Shown here piece after piece: positions 37,780 to 51,038 of a stretch of 64,000 nt of DNA. Under the pieces are notes generated by a model. The model made no database searches, was not told the DNA's origin, and worked only from the letters and a program-made list of their open reading frames with translations. Source of the stretch: Tubulanus polymorphus (Eukaryota > Animalia > Nemertea); the NCBI RefSeq assembly GCF_964204645.1, contig NC_134028.1:16747653-16811652 (forward strand), read 5' to 3'. The position numbers and the translations under genes were made by a program. How positions within the stretch are numbered: position 1 is the first letter of the stretch; every line of letters starts with the position of its first letter.

Positions 37780-38940
37780 TTAAGAGCAAAGTGCGCGCTT
37801 GACATTTGATATTTCCACGCAAACAATAACTACATCATCCATTAAAGGAACGGTTTTGACCTCCAGCGTATTCTTTAAAATTCTGAAATTCTTCATCCGC
37901 CCTATAGCTTGCTCAACATATATCCGGACGTTTGCAATTCGGGATGTAGTTTTCACTGAATCCTTGGTCATCTGTGCATTATGATAAACAATCGGGGGGA
38001 TTGCTAACGTTGCGTGTCTTGATATTAAAATTTCCTGAACTTTGAAACCTCGGTCGGCCATTATTTCGTCGTGTGGTTCAATGAAGTCGAGAATACCGCA
38101 ATCAGTGAATATATATTTATCACTAGCACGACCTCCGTAGCAAGGCGAAACGTACGATATCAATCCACTTGGAGTAATGGCAATCAAAAACTTTATCGTA
38201 TTAGAATGTTTGTAGTCGCTCCAAGTAGCTGCTTGTAGGTCGAGCGCTGTTGGCGTTTCAATAGAAATTTCAGTGCAGTCCACGATACACCTTGTATGCG
38301 GATAAAACTGAACAAATGCAGCTGGTAGAAGAGCTTTGGTTTGATTCTTTGAAGGCCAGATAATGATACATGATAATTCAAGCCTCATTAGATGTATCCA
38401 CGTTGAAAATATCGAGCTAACGGCAGAAATTGATACGTTGAAACGGTGCGATAAATCACGAACCAATAACCCCAGACGTAAACGCATCAAAACCATGAAA
38501 TATTCATCTTCGAGGATTAGTTTTCTCCTTCTACCCATCTTATTGTTCGACAGAGTTTCTCTTGTTTGACCACCTCTCCAATAAACCATACAGGCAGCTT
38601 TTTCAGACAAGAAATTAAAAATAGTTTTCAAAGTTGCCCGATTATCGAAACCGGTAAAGAACTTTACGTCAACATCCCGCGTCATCTCATCAAATGCGAC
38701 GCACGATGTCAGGCTCATCGTGTTCCCATCACCTGAACCGTCTACCGCAACACCCGTATATATCGGCTGCGTTGTGGTCTTCTTACTAATCACCGAACGT
38801 GAACAATCTCTATTTTTTCGCTTCTTTGGCATATTTTGTTCCTCGTTTGTAACGTATGGATAAGGGTTGATATCGGTCGGCCTCCCATCGATGAAATGAT
38901 TTGAGCAGACCTTCGACGTCACTGTTAGCTGCTTACCCAT
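37780..38940 (-). CDS. THAP(partial)-HTH-DDE_Tnp_4 transposase
   Basis: VCSNHF (THAP C-half), FFTGF, VLMRLRLGL..DLSHRF, IVDCTEI, GGRASD, IMADRGF and RIYVEQAIGRMK. Confidence 0.9.
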   Translation of the reverse strand: MGKQLTVTSKVCSNHFIDGRPTDINPYPYVTNEEQNMPKKRKNRDCSRSVISKKTTTQPIYTGVAVDGSGDGNTMSLTSCVAFDEMTRDVDVKFFTGFDNRATLKTIFNFLSEKAACMVYWRGGQTRETLSNNKMGRRRKLILEDEYFMVLMRLRLGLLVRDLSHRFNVSISAVSSIFSTWIHLMRLELSCIIIWPSKNQTKALLPAAFVQFYPHTRCIVDCTEISIETPTALDLQAATWSDYKHSNTIKFLIAITPSGLISYVSPCYGGRASDKYIFTDCGILDFIEPHDEIMADRGFKVQEILISRHATLAIPPIVYHNAQMTKDSVKTTSRIANVRIYVEQAIGRMKNFRILKNTLEVKTVPLMDDVVIVCVEISNVKRALCS

Positions 38941-39177
38941 TTTTTTCTAGTGCGGTTTTACAGTGATTCACAAATGTTGGATCATTGCGTCGAACAATGT
39001 CGTAATATATCAATTTTCCATCTACATGAGGTTTTTTTTATCTCTGAGAACGGATAATTTCTTGCGTTTTCACAAAAACAGCAATTGTCATATTTCCCCA
39101 TCTGTAAATAAACGTAATACACATGTTTGTTATGAAAGCTTCTTAATTTGAAAAATTGATTTTATTTCCATTTCAGA

Positions 39178-40980
39178 ATGGCTGAGATCCAGGGATACGA
39201 TGATTTTGTCAAATTGACTGTAGACAAATTAAAATCGTATTTATGCGCTCGCGGTTTAAGGACGACGGGCACGAAAGCTGAATTGGTCGCAAGATGCTTT
39301 TGTGCATGGGAAAATAAAACTCCACTTAAAATAAGCGACGTCCAAATCGGGAAAAAACTAATCGATGAATTACAACCTTACGCTAATAAAGGCAGGACTC
39401 GACAACCAGCACGATCCGAAATCAACATCGAATTGGTCCACCGATATGAGAAATTGGACCATGCTGAACATAGGACAGATATTCAAATTCATCCTTGAAC
39501 ACAGAGATTACAATATCGATTACATCGGAAAGTACAAAACCATGAAGGCCTATTACTACTTTGCAAGCGGATACGTCGGACCAATCATGTATGAATTAAT
39601 TAATTTATCTATTCCAATCATCGTATATAAATCAACAGTAACACCTTCGCAGAAAATCAACGATAGTCCTCATAACGTTTGGATATCTTGTGATCGCCAG
39701 ACTAGTGATATAAAGGCAGCGTGGTGCAGTTGCACAGCAGGTTATGGAGAGACGTGCAATCATGTAATCGCAGTACTTTATAAACTTAATCATGCTATTG
39801 AAAATTTTCTAAATGATAAATCATGTACGGAGGAAGGATGCGCGTGGAACAATCAAGCCAGAAAACAGATCAAACCAATGAGAGTTAGTGATATGTATTT
39901 CAGAACTGATGCGGTAGCCTTGAATTATGATGTAAACGACGATGATGAGATTGATGAAAACGATACTACGCCAGTTATTTCGAGAAAGAACTTTGATCCG
40001 AGAACACCACAACATAGAGTGATTGACGAAACAAGATTAGCGTCACTATATGAATATCTGCATACTACAGCACCTAGATCAGTACTTGTCTCGGTATTGT
40101 CATTGCGAAACAACTCACAGATAGCACCTGCACTTCCACCAACTATTCGGGAAATAATTGATAATGAAGAGGATTGTAAAATAATTGAAACGATTATTTC
40201 AATATCTAATGCGCAAATTGAAGCACTTGAGGGCGCAACAAGAGGACAATCTTCATCGAATATGTGGAAAATTCATCGAATTGGCAGAATTACTGGCTCC
40301 GTGTGCCATAACGTATACACCAAGGTACGTACTTGAACGATTATCATCATTGCTCAATCATAGGCTCATTGATTATAATGAAAAACTATCATTTCATTCA
40401 AGGTCAACACAATGTTGCGATCAAGGGCAGCAGATGTCGACTGCGAAATCTTCTCTTCCGAATTTGTACGGCTGGCCCTTCATTAGCTTCTGTTCCGGCT
40501 GTAATTTGGGGAAATGAAAAAGAGGAAGGAGCAAAAGCGAAGTTCCTTTCGACGATGAAAGATAGAGGCCATGTCGATTGTTCTATATCGACATGTGGTC
40601 TGTTTTGCGACAAACAGAAGCCCTATATTGCTGCGTCCCCAGATGCGATTTTCGAGTGCAAATGTTGTGGGAAGTTTGTCGTGGAAATTAAATGCCCGTA
40701 TTCGATAAGAGGAAAAAACATTCTAGAGAACTATCAACAGACGTCATTTCTGGTTATGAACGGTGGTCAAATTCAACTGAATCGCAGCAGTAACTACTAC
40801 AGTCAAATCAACTGCGAAATGAAAGAGACGGGTATATCGGCGTGTTTCTTCGTTGTGTGGACGGGTCATGATCTGTTCATTGAACAAATTTCATTTGACA
40901 ATGATTTATGGGAGAGAATCGAAACGAATTCGGCAATATTTTTCAAAGACAAGATCATACAATATCTCAAAAGGAAGTGA
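39178..40980 (+). pseudogene. SAP + SWIM + YqaJ/lambda-exonuclease-like protein of ISL2EU; frameshift ~39365, probable intron from 40325
   Basis: LTVDKLKSYLCARGL..TGTKAELVAR (SAP), CSCTAG..ETCNHV (SWIM), TRGQS...W...R.GRITGS, AASPD..., VEIKCP and YYSQI. Confidence 0.88.
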
Positions 40981-41923
40981 AAAAGCCATGTACGGATGAA
41001 GCGATCACTAGCTACGACGATGCCAAATGTAGGAATTATATGTATATATATAGCTAGAATATAATTTTGTACAGCCCAACAGATTATTTGAACCTGTATT
41101 TTTCAATTTTGTTGTACAGTGTATATTTTAATTTATTATGTACATACATGTACGTAGCTAATATTTCCCGACTGTAAATACCTTTAATAATAATTTTAAT
41201 TGGTATGCCTAAAGTAAATACTACAATATGTATAAAGCATTTCAATAGATAATATATTTCTTTTATATTTCAATCTGTAATTATTTCAATCAACTTTTAT
41301 TAATCATATGTAAATGTTTTGATAAATTATTAAATTCGTCAATATCATTTCCAATACGAGTTAAGATGTTTCTGATTAAGTGACCGGCGGGGATTGTGAG
41401 CGGACTGGCTGGTGTCAAGACAAAGGATAACGAAAAAATCACGGGGTCGTCGTATACAGATTAAGCATGAATATTTAAACAAAAAACATCCATTTAAAAA
41501 TGTCTAAAATAGCTAAATGAAATTGACATTCGGGCCAGCGGTGCACTTCGATCACTAATAACACTAAAGTTAAATTGAATTGAATATATTTTGGCCTTTA
41601 CGGCTTCCCATAGTCACTCTCCTAGGAGCGCCACTGCATATGAACTTTGAACTAAAATGGTTGGCAGCCGCTCGAAATATACGCACATTTCGCGAAAAAA
41701 TAGGATATTTCTCAGGCCTACGGATGCGATAAGGTAAGTCTATAGCACCCTAAGAATGATAATAACACACTGATTATAAATCAGTTGCTCGATACTTACC
41801 TCAAATGATCATTAAGTCGTAGATGAAGATTTAATCGTCTTTTACTAGGTGATTGTTAAGCGCCATCTAGTGGTCATTGGCAACCCCGAGAAAAATGGCG
41901 TTAGAGATAACGAAATTCTCTAT

Positions 41924-42360
41924 TCAAACTTCTCGAATATGAAAGCGATATACCGCGTTATGGTGTCAAACTAGAAAGGATTCGCCATTGAAAATTAATA
42001 AATTGGCCATCACTGACCACCACTGACCAATTGAAACTTCTTGAAAGAACGATATACCGGTACCGCATTACATGTGAAACTAGAAAGGATTCGCCATTGA
42101 AAATTAATAAATTGACCATCACTGACCACCACTGACCAATTGAAACTTCTTGAAAGAACGATATACCGGTACCGCATTTGATGTGAAACTAGAAAGGATT
42201 CGCCATTGAAAATTAATAAATTGACCATCACTGACCACCACTGACCAATTGAAACTTCTTGAAAGAACGATATACCGGTACCGCATTTGATGTGAAACTA
42301 GAAAGGATTCGCCGTTAAAATTCATAAATTGACCATCACTGACCACCACTGCCCAAGTGA
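41924..42360. repeat. 109-bp minisatellite (~4 units; again at 45135-45570; fewer units at 10980-11115/15154-15270)
   Basis: Unit CACTGACCACCACTGACCAATTGAAACTTCTTGAAAGAACGATATACCGGTACC...GAAAATTAATAAATTGACCAT. Confidence 0.95.
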
Positions 42361-44185
42361 AACTTCTCAAATATCGTGGTCGAATTCGAAAGTGCTTGTC
42401 GTCGTATTGCTATTTCTAGAAACCAGCAGAAAGTTTTGCTACTTTTTTTGAATGGCGTTGACATGATGGAAATTTATTACCCATAAATGGGTTACACATC
42501 TGGATCACAGCACCTCACTTGCCGCAGTGCGTTATTTTCACTGCATAGTAATGCTAATACATAAACTTTTTTACTACTTGACTCGAATCATCTGAACAGT
42601 ACTGCGTTTGAAAACTCAACGAATAGAAGATGTTTGCGGGAAGCGCCTACAAATAAGTTATAATAAGATTAATTAATCGATGCATGAAAAACAATTAAAT
42701 CACAATTAAATCTTTCAACCAATCTGCGCGATACCAATTAATTAAATCATTAAACGCATTTGGGTTCCTAATATTTGAAATCATGTGATACAATAATTGT
42801 TCTTTAGACTTGGCCACTTTCATTTCAGAAAACCGCGTACTAGACCAGTGATCACCGAGGCATTAACCATTCCTTCAAGTTATGAAAATTCGATGGTAAC
42901 GCGGATTCTTCGCCTCTAAAAACTGTTTCGTTAATAGTTTTCTTTATATGAAAAGTGTTCATAGGAATTGAAATTTGGAGTGATATCAGTCACAGCTGTA
43001 ACCCTTTTTCATTGTCAGTTCTTTTTTGGAATTCAAGTAGATTAGTGAAAATATCAATGATGAAGTTCACTTATTATATCAAGTACCGTTTTTACTGTCG
43101 CATGCGAGTCGAAACAAAAAGATCCATCCAACTATATATATCTTCGGGTATAAACTGTGATATCCTTCAGTATGTTATGAATATCTTTAAAAATTTGTGT
43201 TCTAGTATAATACCCGAAGGTTTAACTATCGGACACATAAAAGATTCGCCATAATCAAAGTTTTTAAGAAAATCTTTAAAAGAACGATTGGCGTCAAACT
43301 AATCCATAATGGACTGTTGTGAATTTATTGAATAATCCACCTGAGAAATTTTAAGATTTCGAAGCGAAATTTATTCATATAAATCAAAAATGCATGAATA
43401 ACTTGACGTTATTTGCGGGTCTCATGAAACACTTTCGTGCGCTCTTTTTAAATCTAAAATAGCATAAATACATGCGTATTTCGTTATAAACAAGGTTAGA
43501 TTCCAAACGCACATGAAATATGGAGCCTGTATCACACGATATACACATCTTGAATTTTCTCTAACTACGTAGGCCCTTTCCAAATGGGAATTGTTCAGTT
43601 TTTTAACGGCCGACATTAAGAGGCACCTAAAAAACCGGTTGTATAGCACTTGAGATTTTCGGTGTAGGGCACATCTCACATCGACTCGGCTCGCGGTCGG
43701 TGGTTTAATGGGAACACATCTGGTTGTTACTAGTTTAACAGTTGACGAATTCAGAAAACTTTTTTCAAATGTCTTTGATAACTTTTTAAACAAAGTATTC
43801 TTCTTAGTTACATTTCGCTGATTCCATAGATATTTTTTCATGAAAATTGCTCCAGTTATAACGGATTTAAACATACATGTAAAATGATTATTTTCAAAAT
43901 ATTCAATTTTCTCCGATTTTGAAGAAATTCTGACACAATATCATCTCCACTCGACACATGATTTTACTTCGGCGCCTTTGAAGGGAGTGTCACTTGTTGT
44001 TGAGTTCATATTTAGTCAAACAAGAAGATATGCCTGATTCCTTTTTAGAATTTAGATTTCGACGGATACCATCAAATTACTAGAAAGGGACAGCAGCTTT
44101 CGGTCATCCGCAAAAAAATACCTAAAATGCTCTCCTAGGGTAATGGAAAAACATGTCACGAAACATACGTTTATCAATGACTGAT

Positions 44186-47100
44186 AGTGAAAAAGCCATG
44201 TACGGATGAAGCGATCACTAGCTACGACGATGCCAAATGTAGGAATTATATGTATATATATAGCTAGAATATAATTTTGTACAGCCCAACAGATTATTTG
44301 AACCTGTATTTTTCAATTTTGTTGTACAGTGTATATTTTAATTTATTATGTACATACATGTACGTAGCTAATATTTCCCGACTGTAAATACCTTTAATAA
44401 TAATTTTAATTGGTATGCCTAAAGTAAATACTACAATATGTATAAAGCATTTCAATAGATAATATATTTCTTTTATATTTCAATCTGTAATTATTTCAAT
44501 CAACTTTTATTAATCATATGTAAATGTTTTGATAAATTATTAAATTCGTCAATATCATTTCCAATACGAGTTAAGATGTTTTCTGATTAAGTGACCGGCG
44601 GGGATTGTGAGCGGACTGGCTGGTGTCAAGACAAAGGATAACGAAAAAATCACGGGGTCGTCGTATACAGATTGAGCATGAATATTTAAACAAAAAACAT
44701 CCATTTAAAAATGTCTAAAATAGCTAAATGAAATTGACATTCGGGCCAGCGGTGCACTTAGATCACTAATAACACTAAAGTTAAATTGAATTGAATATAT
44801 TTTGGCCTTTACGGCTTCCCATAGTCACTCTCCTAGGAGCGCCACTGCATATGAACTTTGAACTAAAATGGTTGGCAGCCGCTCGAAATATACGCACATT
44901 TCGCGAAAAAATAGGATATTTCTCAGGCCTACGGATGCGATAAGGTAAGTCTATAGCACCCTAAGAATGATAATAACACACTGATTATAAATCAGTTGCT
45001 CGATACTTACCTCAAATGATCATTAAGTCGTAGATGAAGATTTAATCGTCTTTTACTAGGTGATTGTTAAGCGCCATCTAGTGGTCATTGGCAACCCCGA
45101 GAAAAATGGCGTTAGAGATAACGAAATTCTCTATTCAAACTTCTCGAATATGAAAGCGATATACCGCGTTATGGTGTCAAACTAGAAAGGATTCGCCATT
45201 GAAAATTAATAAATTGGCCATCACTGACCACCACTGACCAATTGAAACTTCTTGAAAGAACGATATACCGGTACCGCATTACATGTGAAACTAGAAAGGA
45301 TTCGCCATTGAAAATTAATAAATTGACCATCACTGACCACCACTGACCAATTGAAACTTCTTGAAAGAACGATATACCGGTACCGCATTTGATGTGAAAC
45401 TAGAAAGGATTCGCCATTGAAAATTAATAAATTGACCATCACTGACCACCACTGACCAATTGAAACTTCTTGAAAGAACGATATACCGGTACCGCATTTG
45501 ATGTGAAACTAGAAAGGATTCGCCGTTAAAATTCATAAATTGACCATCACTGACCACCACTGCCCAAGTGAAACTTCTCAAATATCGTGGTCGAATTCGA
45601 AAGTGCTTGTCGTCGTATTGCTATTTCTAGAAACCAGCAGAAAGTTTTGCTACTGTTTTTGAATGGCGTTGACATGATGGAAATTTATTACCCATAAATG
45701 GGTTACACATCTGGATCACAGCACCTCACTTGCCACAGTGCGTTATTTTCACTGCATAGTAATGCTAATACATAAACTTTTTTACTACTTGACTCGAATC
45801 ATCTGAACAGTACTGCGTTTGAAAACTCAACGAATAGAAGATGTTTGCGGGAAGCGCCTACAAATAAGTTATAATAAGATTAATTAATCGATGCATGAAA
45901 AACAATTAAATCACAATTAAATCTTTCAACCAATCTGCGCGATACCAATTAATTAAATCATTAAACGCATTTGGGTTCCTAATATTTGAAATCATGTGAT
46001 ACAATAATTGTTCTTTAGACTTGGCCACTTTCATTTCAGAAAACCGCGTACTAGACCAGTGATCACCGAGGCATTAACCATTCCTTCAAGTTATGAAAAT
46101 TCGATGGTAACGCGGATTCTTCGCCTCTAAAAACTGTTTCGTTAATAGTTTTCTTTATATGAAAAGTGTTCATAGGAATTGAAATTTGGAGTGATATCAG
46201 TCACAGCTGTAACCCTTTTTCATTGTCAGTTCTTTTTTGGAATTCAAGTAGATTAGTGAAAATATCAATGATGAAGTTCACTTATTATATCAAGTACCGT
46301 TTTTACTGTCGCATGCGAGTCGAAACAAAAAGATCCATCCAACTATATATATCTTCGGGTATAAACTGTGATATCCTTCAGTATGTTATGAATATCTTTA
46401 AAAATTTGTGTTCTAGTATAATACCCGAAGGTTTAACTATCGGACACATAAAAGATTCGCCATAATCAAAGTTTTTAAGAAAATCTTTAAAAGAACGATT
46501 GGCGTCAAACTAATCCATAATGGACTGTTGTGAATTTATTGAATAATCCACCTGAGAAATTTTAAGATTTCGAAGCGAAATTTATTCATCTAAATCAAAA
46601 ATGCATGAATAACTTGACGTTATTTGCGGGTCTCATGAAACACTTTCGTGCGCTCTTTTTAAATCTAAAATAGCATAAATACATGCGTATTTCGTTATAA
46701 ACAAGGTTAGATTCCAAACGCACATGAAATATGGAGCCTGTATCACACGATATACACATCTTGAATTTTCTCTAACTACGTAGGCCCTTTCCAAATGGGA
46801 ATTGTTCAGTTTTTTAACGGCCGACATTAAGAGGCACCTAAAAAACCGGTTGTATAGCACTTGAGATTTTCGGTGTAGGGCACATCTCACATCGACTCGG
46901 CTCGCGGTCGGTGGTTTAATGGGAACACATCTGGTTGTTACTAGTTTAACAGTTGACGAATTCAGAAAACTTTTTTCAAATGTCTTTGATAACTTTTTAA
47001 ACAAAGTATTCTTCTTAGTTACATTTCGCTGATTCCATAGATATTTTTTCATGAAAATTGCTCCAGTTATAACGGATTTAAACATACATGTAAAATGATT

Positions 47101-47379
47101 ATTTTCAAAATATTCAATTTTCTCCGATTTTGAAGAAATTCTGACACAATATCATCTCCACTCGACACATGATTTTACTTCGGCGCCTTTGAAGGGAGTG
47201 TCACTTGTTGTTGAGTTCATATTTAGTCAAACAAGAAGATATGCCTGATTCCTTTTTAGAATTTAGATTTCGACGGATACCATCAAATTACTAGAAAGGG
47301 ACAGCAGCTTTCGGTCATCCGCAAAAAATACCTAAAATGCTCTCCTAGGGTTATGGAAAAACATGTCACGAAACATACG
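44186..47379. repeat. Tandem duplication of 40976-44169 (3194 bp), including the ISL2EU right end
   Basis: Near-identical with a handful of substitutions; 16-bp filler TTTATCAATGACTGAT at 44170-44185. Confidence 0.95.
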
Positions 47380-47610
47380 GAAAATCCTTTGTTTGGTAGA
47401 CTGAAATCGTTGAACTCTTAAATAGCAACATTCAGAGAAACAAAAACATAAGAATATATTCTCGCCCACCCTTTAAAAAAACAACGTGATTTCAATTGAA
47501 GATGACACGTAGCCTCATATCAAATGATATGAACGCAACAGAGCCTATTCATTCTCTTTACGAGGATGGGTCTCCACATTCATAGGAGACGATACGAGAT
47601 TCGTGGGTAC

Positions 47611-50600
47611 TGTAGTATCCTGCCAAGATAACGACCGATTAAAATGACAAGAAATAACGATTCGGCTTAATTGAACTCCATGCTTTATTCGTCAACTTCC
47701 GGTCGTACTAATTACCACAACATACACTACATCCCTCCTCATCTTAGACAAATGAATGTACATAAACAACATAATAAATCCAACAAGAAATACAAATATT
47801 TTCCTATCTTAATCTAAATCAAAATTCAAACCAGAAATAATTCAAATAAACTTTCTGTTTAAAATTACAAACTACAGCTCACTATACATACGTAAGCCAG
47901 TAATATAATACAAGCAATACAGTATTAATCCAAACAAGTTATACCTTTTAAGTATTATAATCTGTTAAGTATTGGGGAGGCTTGCTAACCCTGATACTTC
48001 TGCGCAAATTAGGTTCTACTAACTTGTCCGGACAATGACTGATAGGATCTTCTACACTTGGATTTACATACTGCTGATTTGCAGACCGTTCTTCATAATC
48101 TGTGCTAGACACGGGTTGTTCTGAAACAGACTTATCCAAACTAACACCAGAACTGCCGTCTCTGTCTGTATTTCCAAGACTATCTGAAGTGTCAGTATCA
48201 TAATTGTACCGTTTTACAAATGAACTGTTTCTGTTATACTGTACACCCTCAGGTGACTCAATAGTTAGTTACCTGACTACCAGTCTTCCCTACAACTTTA
48301 TAAGGAATATTTTCAAATCTGGTAGACAACTTATTTGACGGATTCTGTTTCAGCAACACAGTGTCTCCACACTCAATATTCGATTTACAAGCATTTCGTT
48401 TCATATCTGTATACTCTTTCCCTTTTGATTTAAAATAACTATCTCTATCACGAACACTGTAATCTACAATGACCTGATCTGTACTTAAATTAGGTACTAG
48501 AATTTTAGTACGAATTTCCCTGTTAAACAATAATTTAGACGGACTCTGTCCGGTTACACAGTGAGGTGTAGAACGATAAGCTAAAAGAAATTTCTGTAAT
48601 TCTTTCCGCCAATCTTTCTTTTCCACCTGAGCGATTTTCATAGCTTTTAACAACGATCTATTCTGTCTCTCTATTTCGCCATTGGCTTGTGGCCACAGAG
48701 GTGTAGTTCCTTTTCTCACAATATTAATACATTCTAAATAATTATTAAACTCTTGTGATATGAATTGTGGCCCGTTATCGGCTTTAATAGATTCAGGCAA
48801 CCCATGTACCGAAAATACTCTGTCTAATCGCTCACAAATTTTATCTGATTTCGTAGAATACATAATTTCGACTTCTAACCATCTACTGTAATAATCTACA
48901 ATACAAAGAAGGTTTTCACCAGTAGGCATAGGACCTAATAAATCAATTGCTACACTTATCCATGGAGCAGTAGGAAACTCTGTTGATTCAACAGGTTCCA
49001 CAGAAGACAAGTTGCCTGTTAACTGACAGCCATGACAGCAATTGCAACGCTTCTCTACAGCCTGATCAATATTCGGCCACCATACCTTACTACGAATTCT
49101 CGCTTTACATTTTACCACACCTTGGTGACCTTCATGTGCTAAATCTACAACTCTTTTTCTTAAAGTTTTCGGAATCACTAATCGTGTTCCACGTAACAAA
49201 ACGTTACCTACAACACATAGTTCCTGACGTACGTGCCGATATGCCGGAGGACTACCTTCCCAATTATTCCTAGTAACCCGTTTACAAATATCTACAATTT
49301 CAGGGTCTAAACGGGATTCTGATTCTATTTCTTCTAAACTCACAGCATATGGTCACGAATTCTGAACCACAAAATTAACATATTCCTCAGCACAATTTTC
49401 AAAAACATCACTTTTAATACAAGTCTTAGAATCAAAACAAGATAATCGAGATAAAACATCAGCTATGTTTTTAATACCCGGAATGTGTTTAACAACATAT
49501 CTATATGGTTGCAGGCGTAGAACCCATCGTTCAATACGCGCACATGGTTTCGACCTAGATGAGTATATAAACTCTAATGGCTTATGATCCGTCAAAATTT
49601 CAAATTGAACACCATATAAATACATATAAAAATGTTCGCATCCCCAAACTATACCTAATGCCTCCTTTTCTGTTTGAGAGTACCTCTTCTCAACCTCTGA
49701 CAAGCTTCTGCTACCACAGGATATCAGTCTCAACCCATCGGCTTGCTCCTGAGTTAAAACCGCCCCTAAACCAACTGGACTTGCATCCACTACTAACTGA
49801 GTCTTGGCACAGGGGTCAAAATATCCCAGAATACATTTGTCAGACAAAGCCGATTTAAGATTTTGAAAAGATCTATCTTGATCTTTACCCCAACAAAATG
49901 GGACCTCTTTTCGAATTAACCTTCTATGAGGTTCTGATAATGTGGCGACATTAGGTATAAATTTGCTTACGAAATTTACCAAGCCAAGAAAACTCCTGAC
50001 TTCGCTTACACATGTTGGTCTTCGAAAATTAGACAACGCTTTAATTTTGTCCGCCGCTGGACTCATTCCCTTGTCTGAGAGTACATGACCAAAAAATTCG
50101 AGTTTTGGCAATCTAAACAAACACTTTGGCATGTTTATCGTTAAACCATGCTCTTCGAGTCTTTTCAAGACCATCTCTAACGCTTTGTCGTGTTCTTCGT
50201 CGTTAACACCGTGAATAATTAAATCGTCCGCTATATTTCGAGCACCTTTAACGCCTGAAATGACTTGCGCAATTATACGCTGGTATAATTCTGGTGCGGA
50301 GCTTACCCCGAAGAGTAAACGTTTATATCGATATGTGCCGCAATGTGTCACAAATGTCGTAATGTCTCGCGATTTCTGATGCAACTCGATCTGATGAAAT
50401 CCCCACTTTAAGTCAAGTTTTGAGAACACAGTACTTCCATTCAGTTCTTGAATAATTTCGTCGACGGTCGGAATTTGAACCTGTTCTCGTATGACAGCTT
50501 TATTAGCCTCGCGCATATCGATGCATAGACGAATGTCATCTTGTTTCGGTTTCGGGACCACAACCACTGGACTGGACCATGTAGTTGGCCCTTCCACTTT

Positions 50601-51038
50601 TTCGATGATATCCAACGATTCTAACTGATTTAACTTATCTTCTACTTTTTTTCGCAACGCGAACGGAATACGCCTCGATTTCTGCTGAATCGGGGTTAAA
50701 GATTCATCAATATGAATTTTCGCCTGATAACCCTTTAATTTTCCGACACCTTCGAATAGGTGTTTATATTTTGATTCGATTTTTCGGTCATCTGCGGTGG
50801 AGTCCTGAACTGAGTTTAGCGAACCGACCCCTACCTTCAGTACACCAAGCTTTTCAGCTGTACTTTTACCGATAAGCGAACGTCCCTTACCGCGAATCAC
50901 CATAAACTCGTCCTCGATGCAGCGATCACCAACTGAAATTTCCGAACGAAATTTTCCGATGGTTGTCAGTGGTTGACGAGTCCCATATGGATACAGCTTC
51001 TTTGATGTACGTTCCGCTTTACCACAACATACACTACA
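47611..51038 (-). mobile_element. Ty3/Gypsy LTR retrotransposon, internally deleted (gag and most of 5' LTR lost); TSD GGTAC
   Basis: The 3' LTR at 47611-47731 (TGTAGT...ACTACA) lies next to the PPT. A 20-bp LTR remnant is at 51019-51038. GGTAC at 47606-47610 and 51039-51043 is a single copy in the empty site at ~17304. Confidence 0.92.
48258..50903 (-). pseudogene. Gypsy pol: RT-RNase H (49353-50903) and integrase (48258-49343), separated by a stop
   Basis: RLCIDMR, FSKLDLKWGFHQ, LLFGVSSAPE, IADD, VDASPVGLG, YSQTEKE, TDHKPL, HEGHQG...C..C, DNGPQF and NGEIERQNR. Confidence 0.95.

Larger units (their letters stand above)
36736..41921. mobile_element. ISL2EU (Harbinger/IS5-related) DNA transposon, 5.2 kb, ~355-bp TIRs, AT TSD
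   Basis: Termini are AGAGAATTTCGTTATCTC...GAGATAACGAAATTCTCT. The empty site CCAATTCAAAC at ~11010 shows a duplicated AT. It carries a transposase plus a YqaJ nuclease. Confidence 0.9.

Noticed and set aside
41924-42360. 109-bp repeats as a CRISPR-like array
   Set aside because: Units are identical end to end with no unique spacers, and there are no cas genes; this is an ordinary minisatellite.
42955-47085. Repeated ORFs MFIGIEIWSD..., MFKSVITGA... and MMVNLLIF... as a gene family
   Set aside because: They recur only because the DNA is duplicated. There are no domains, and frames break differently in copy 1.
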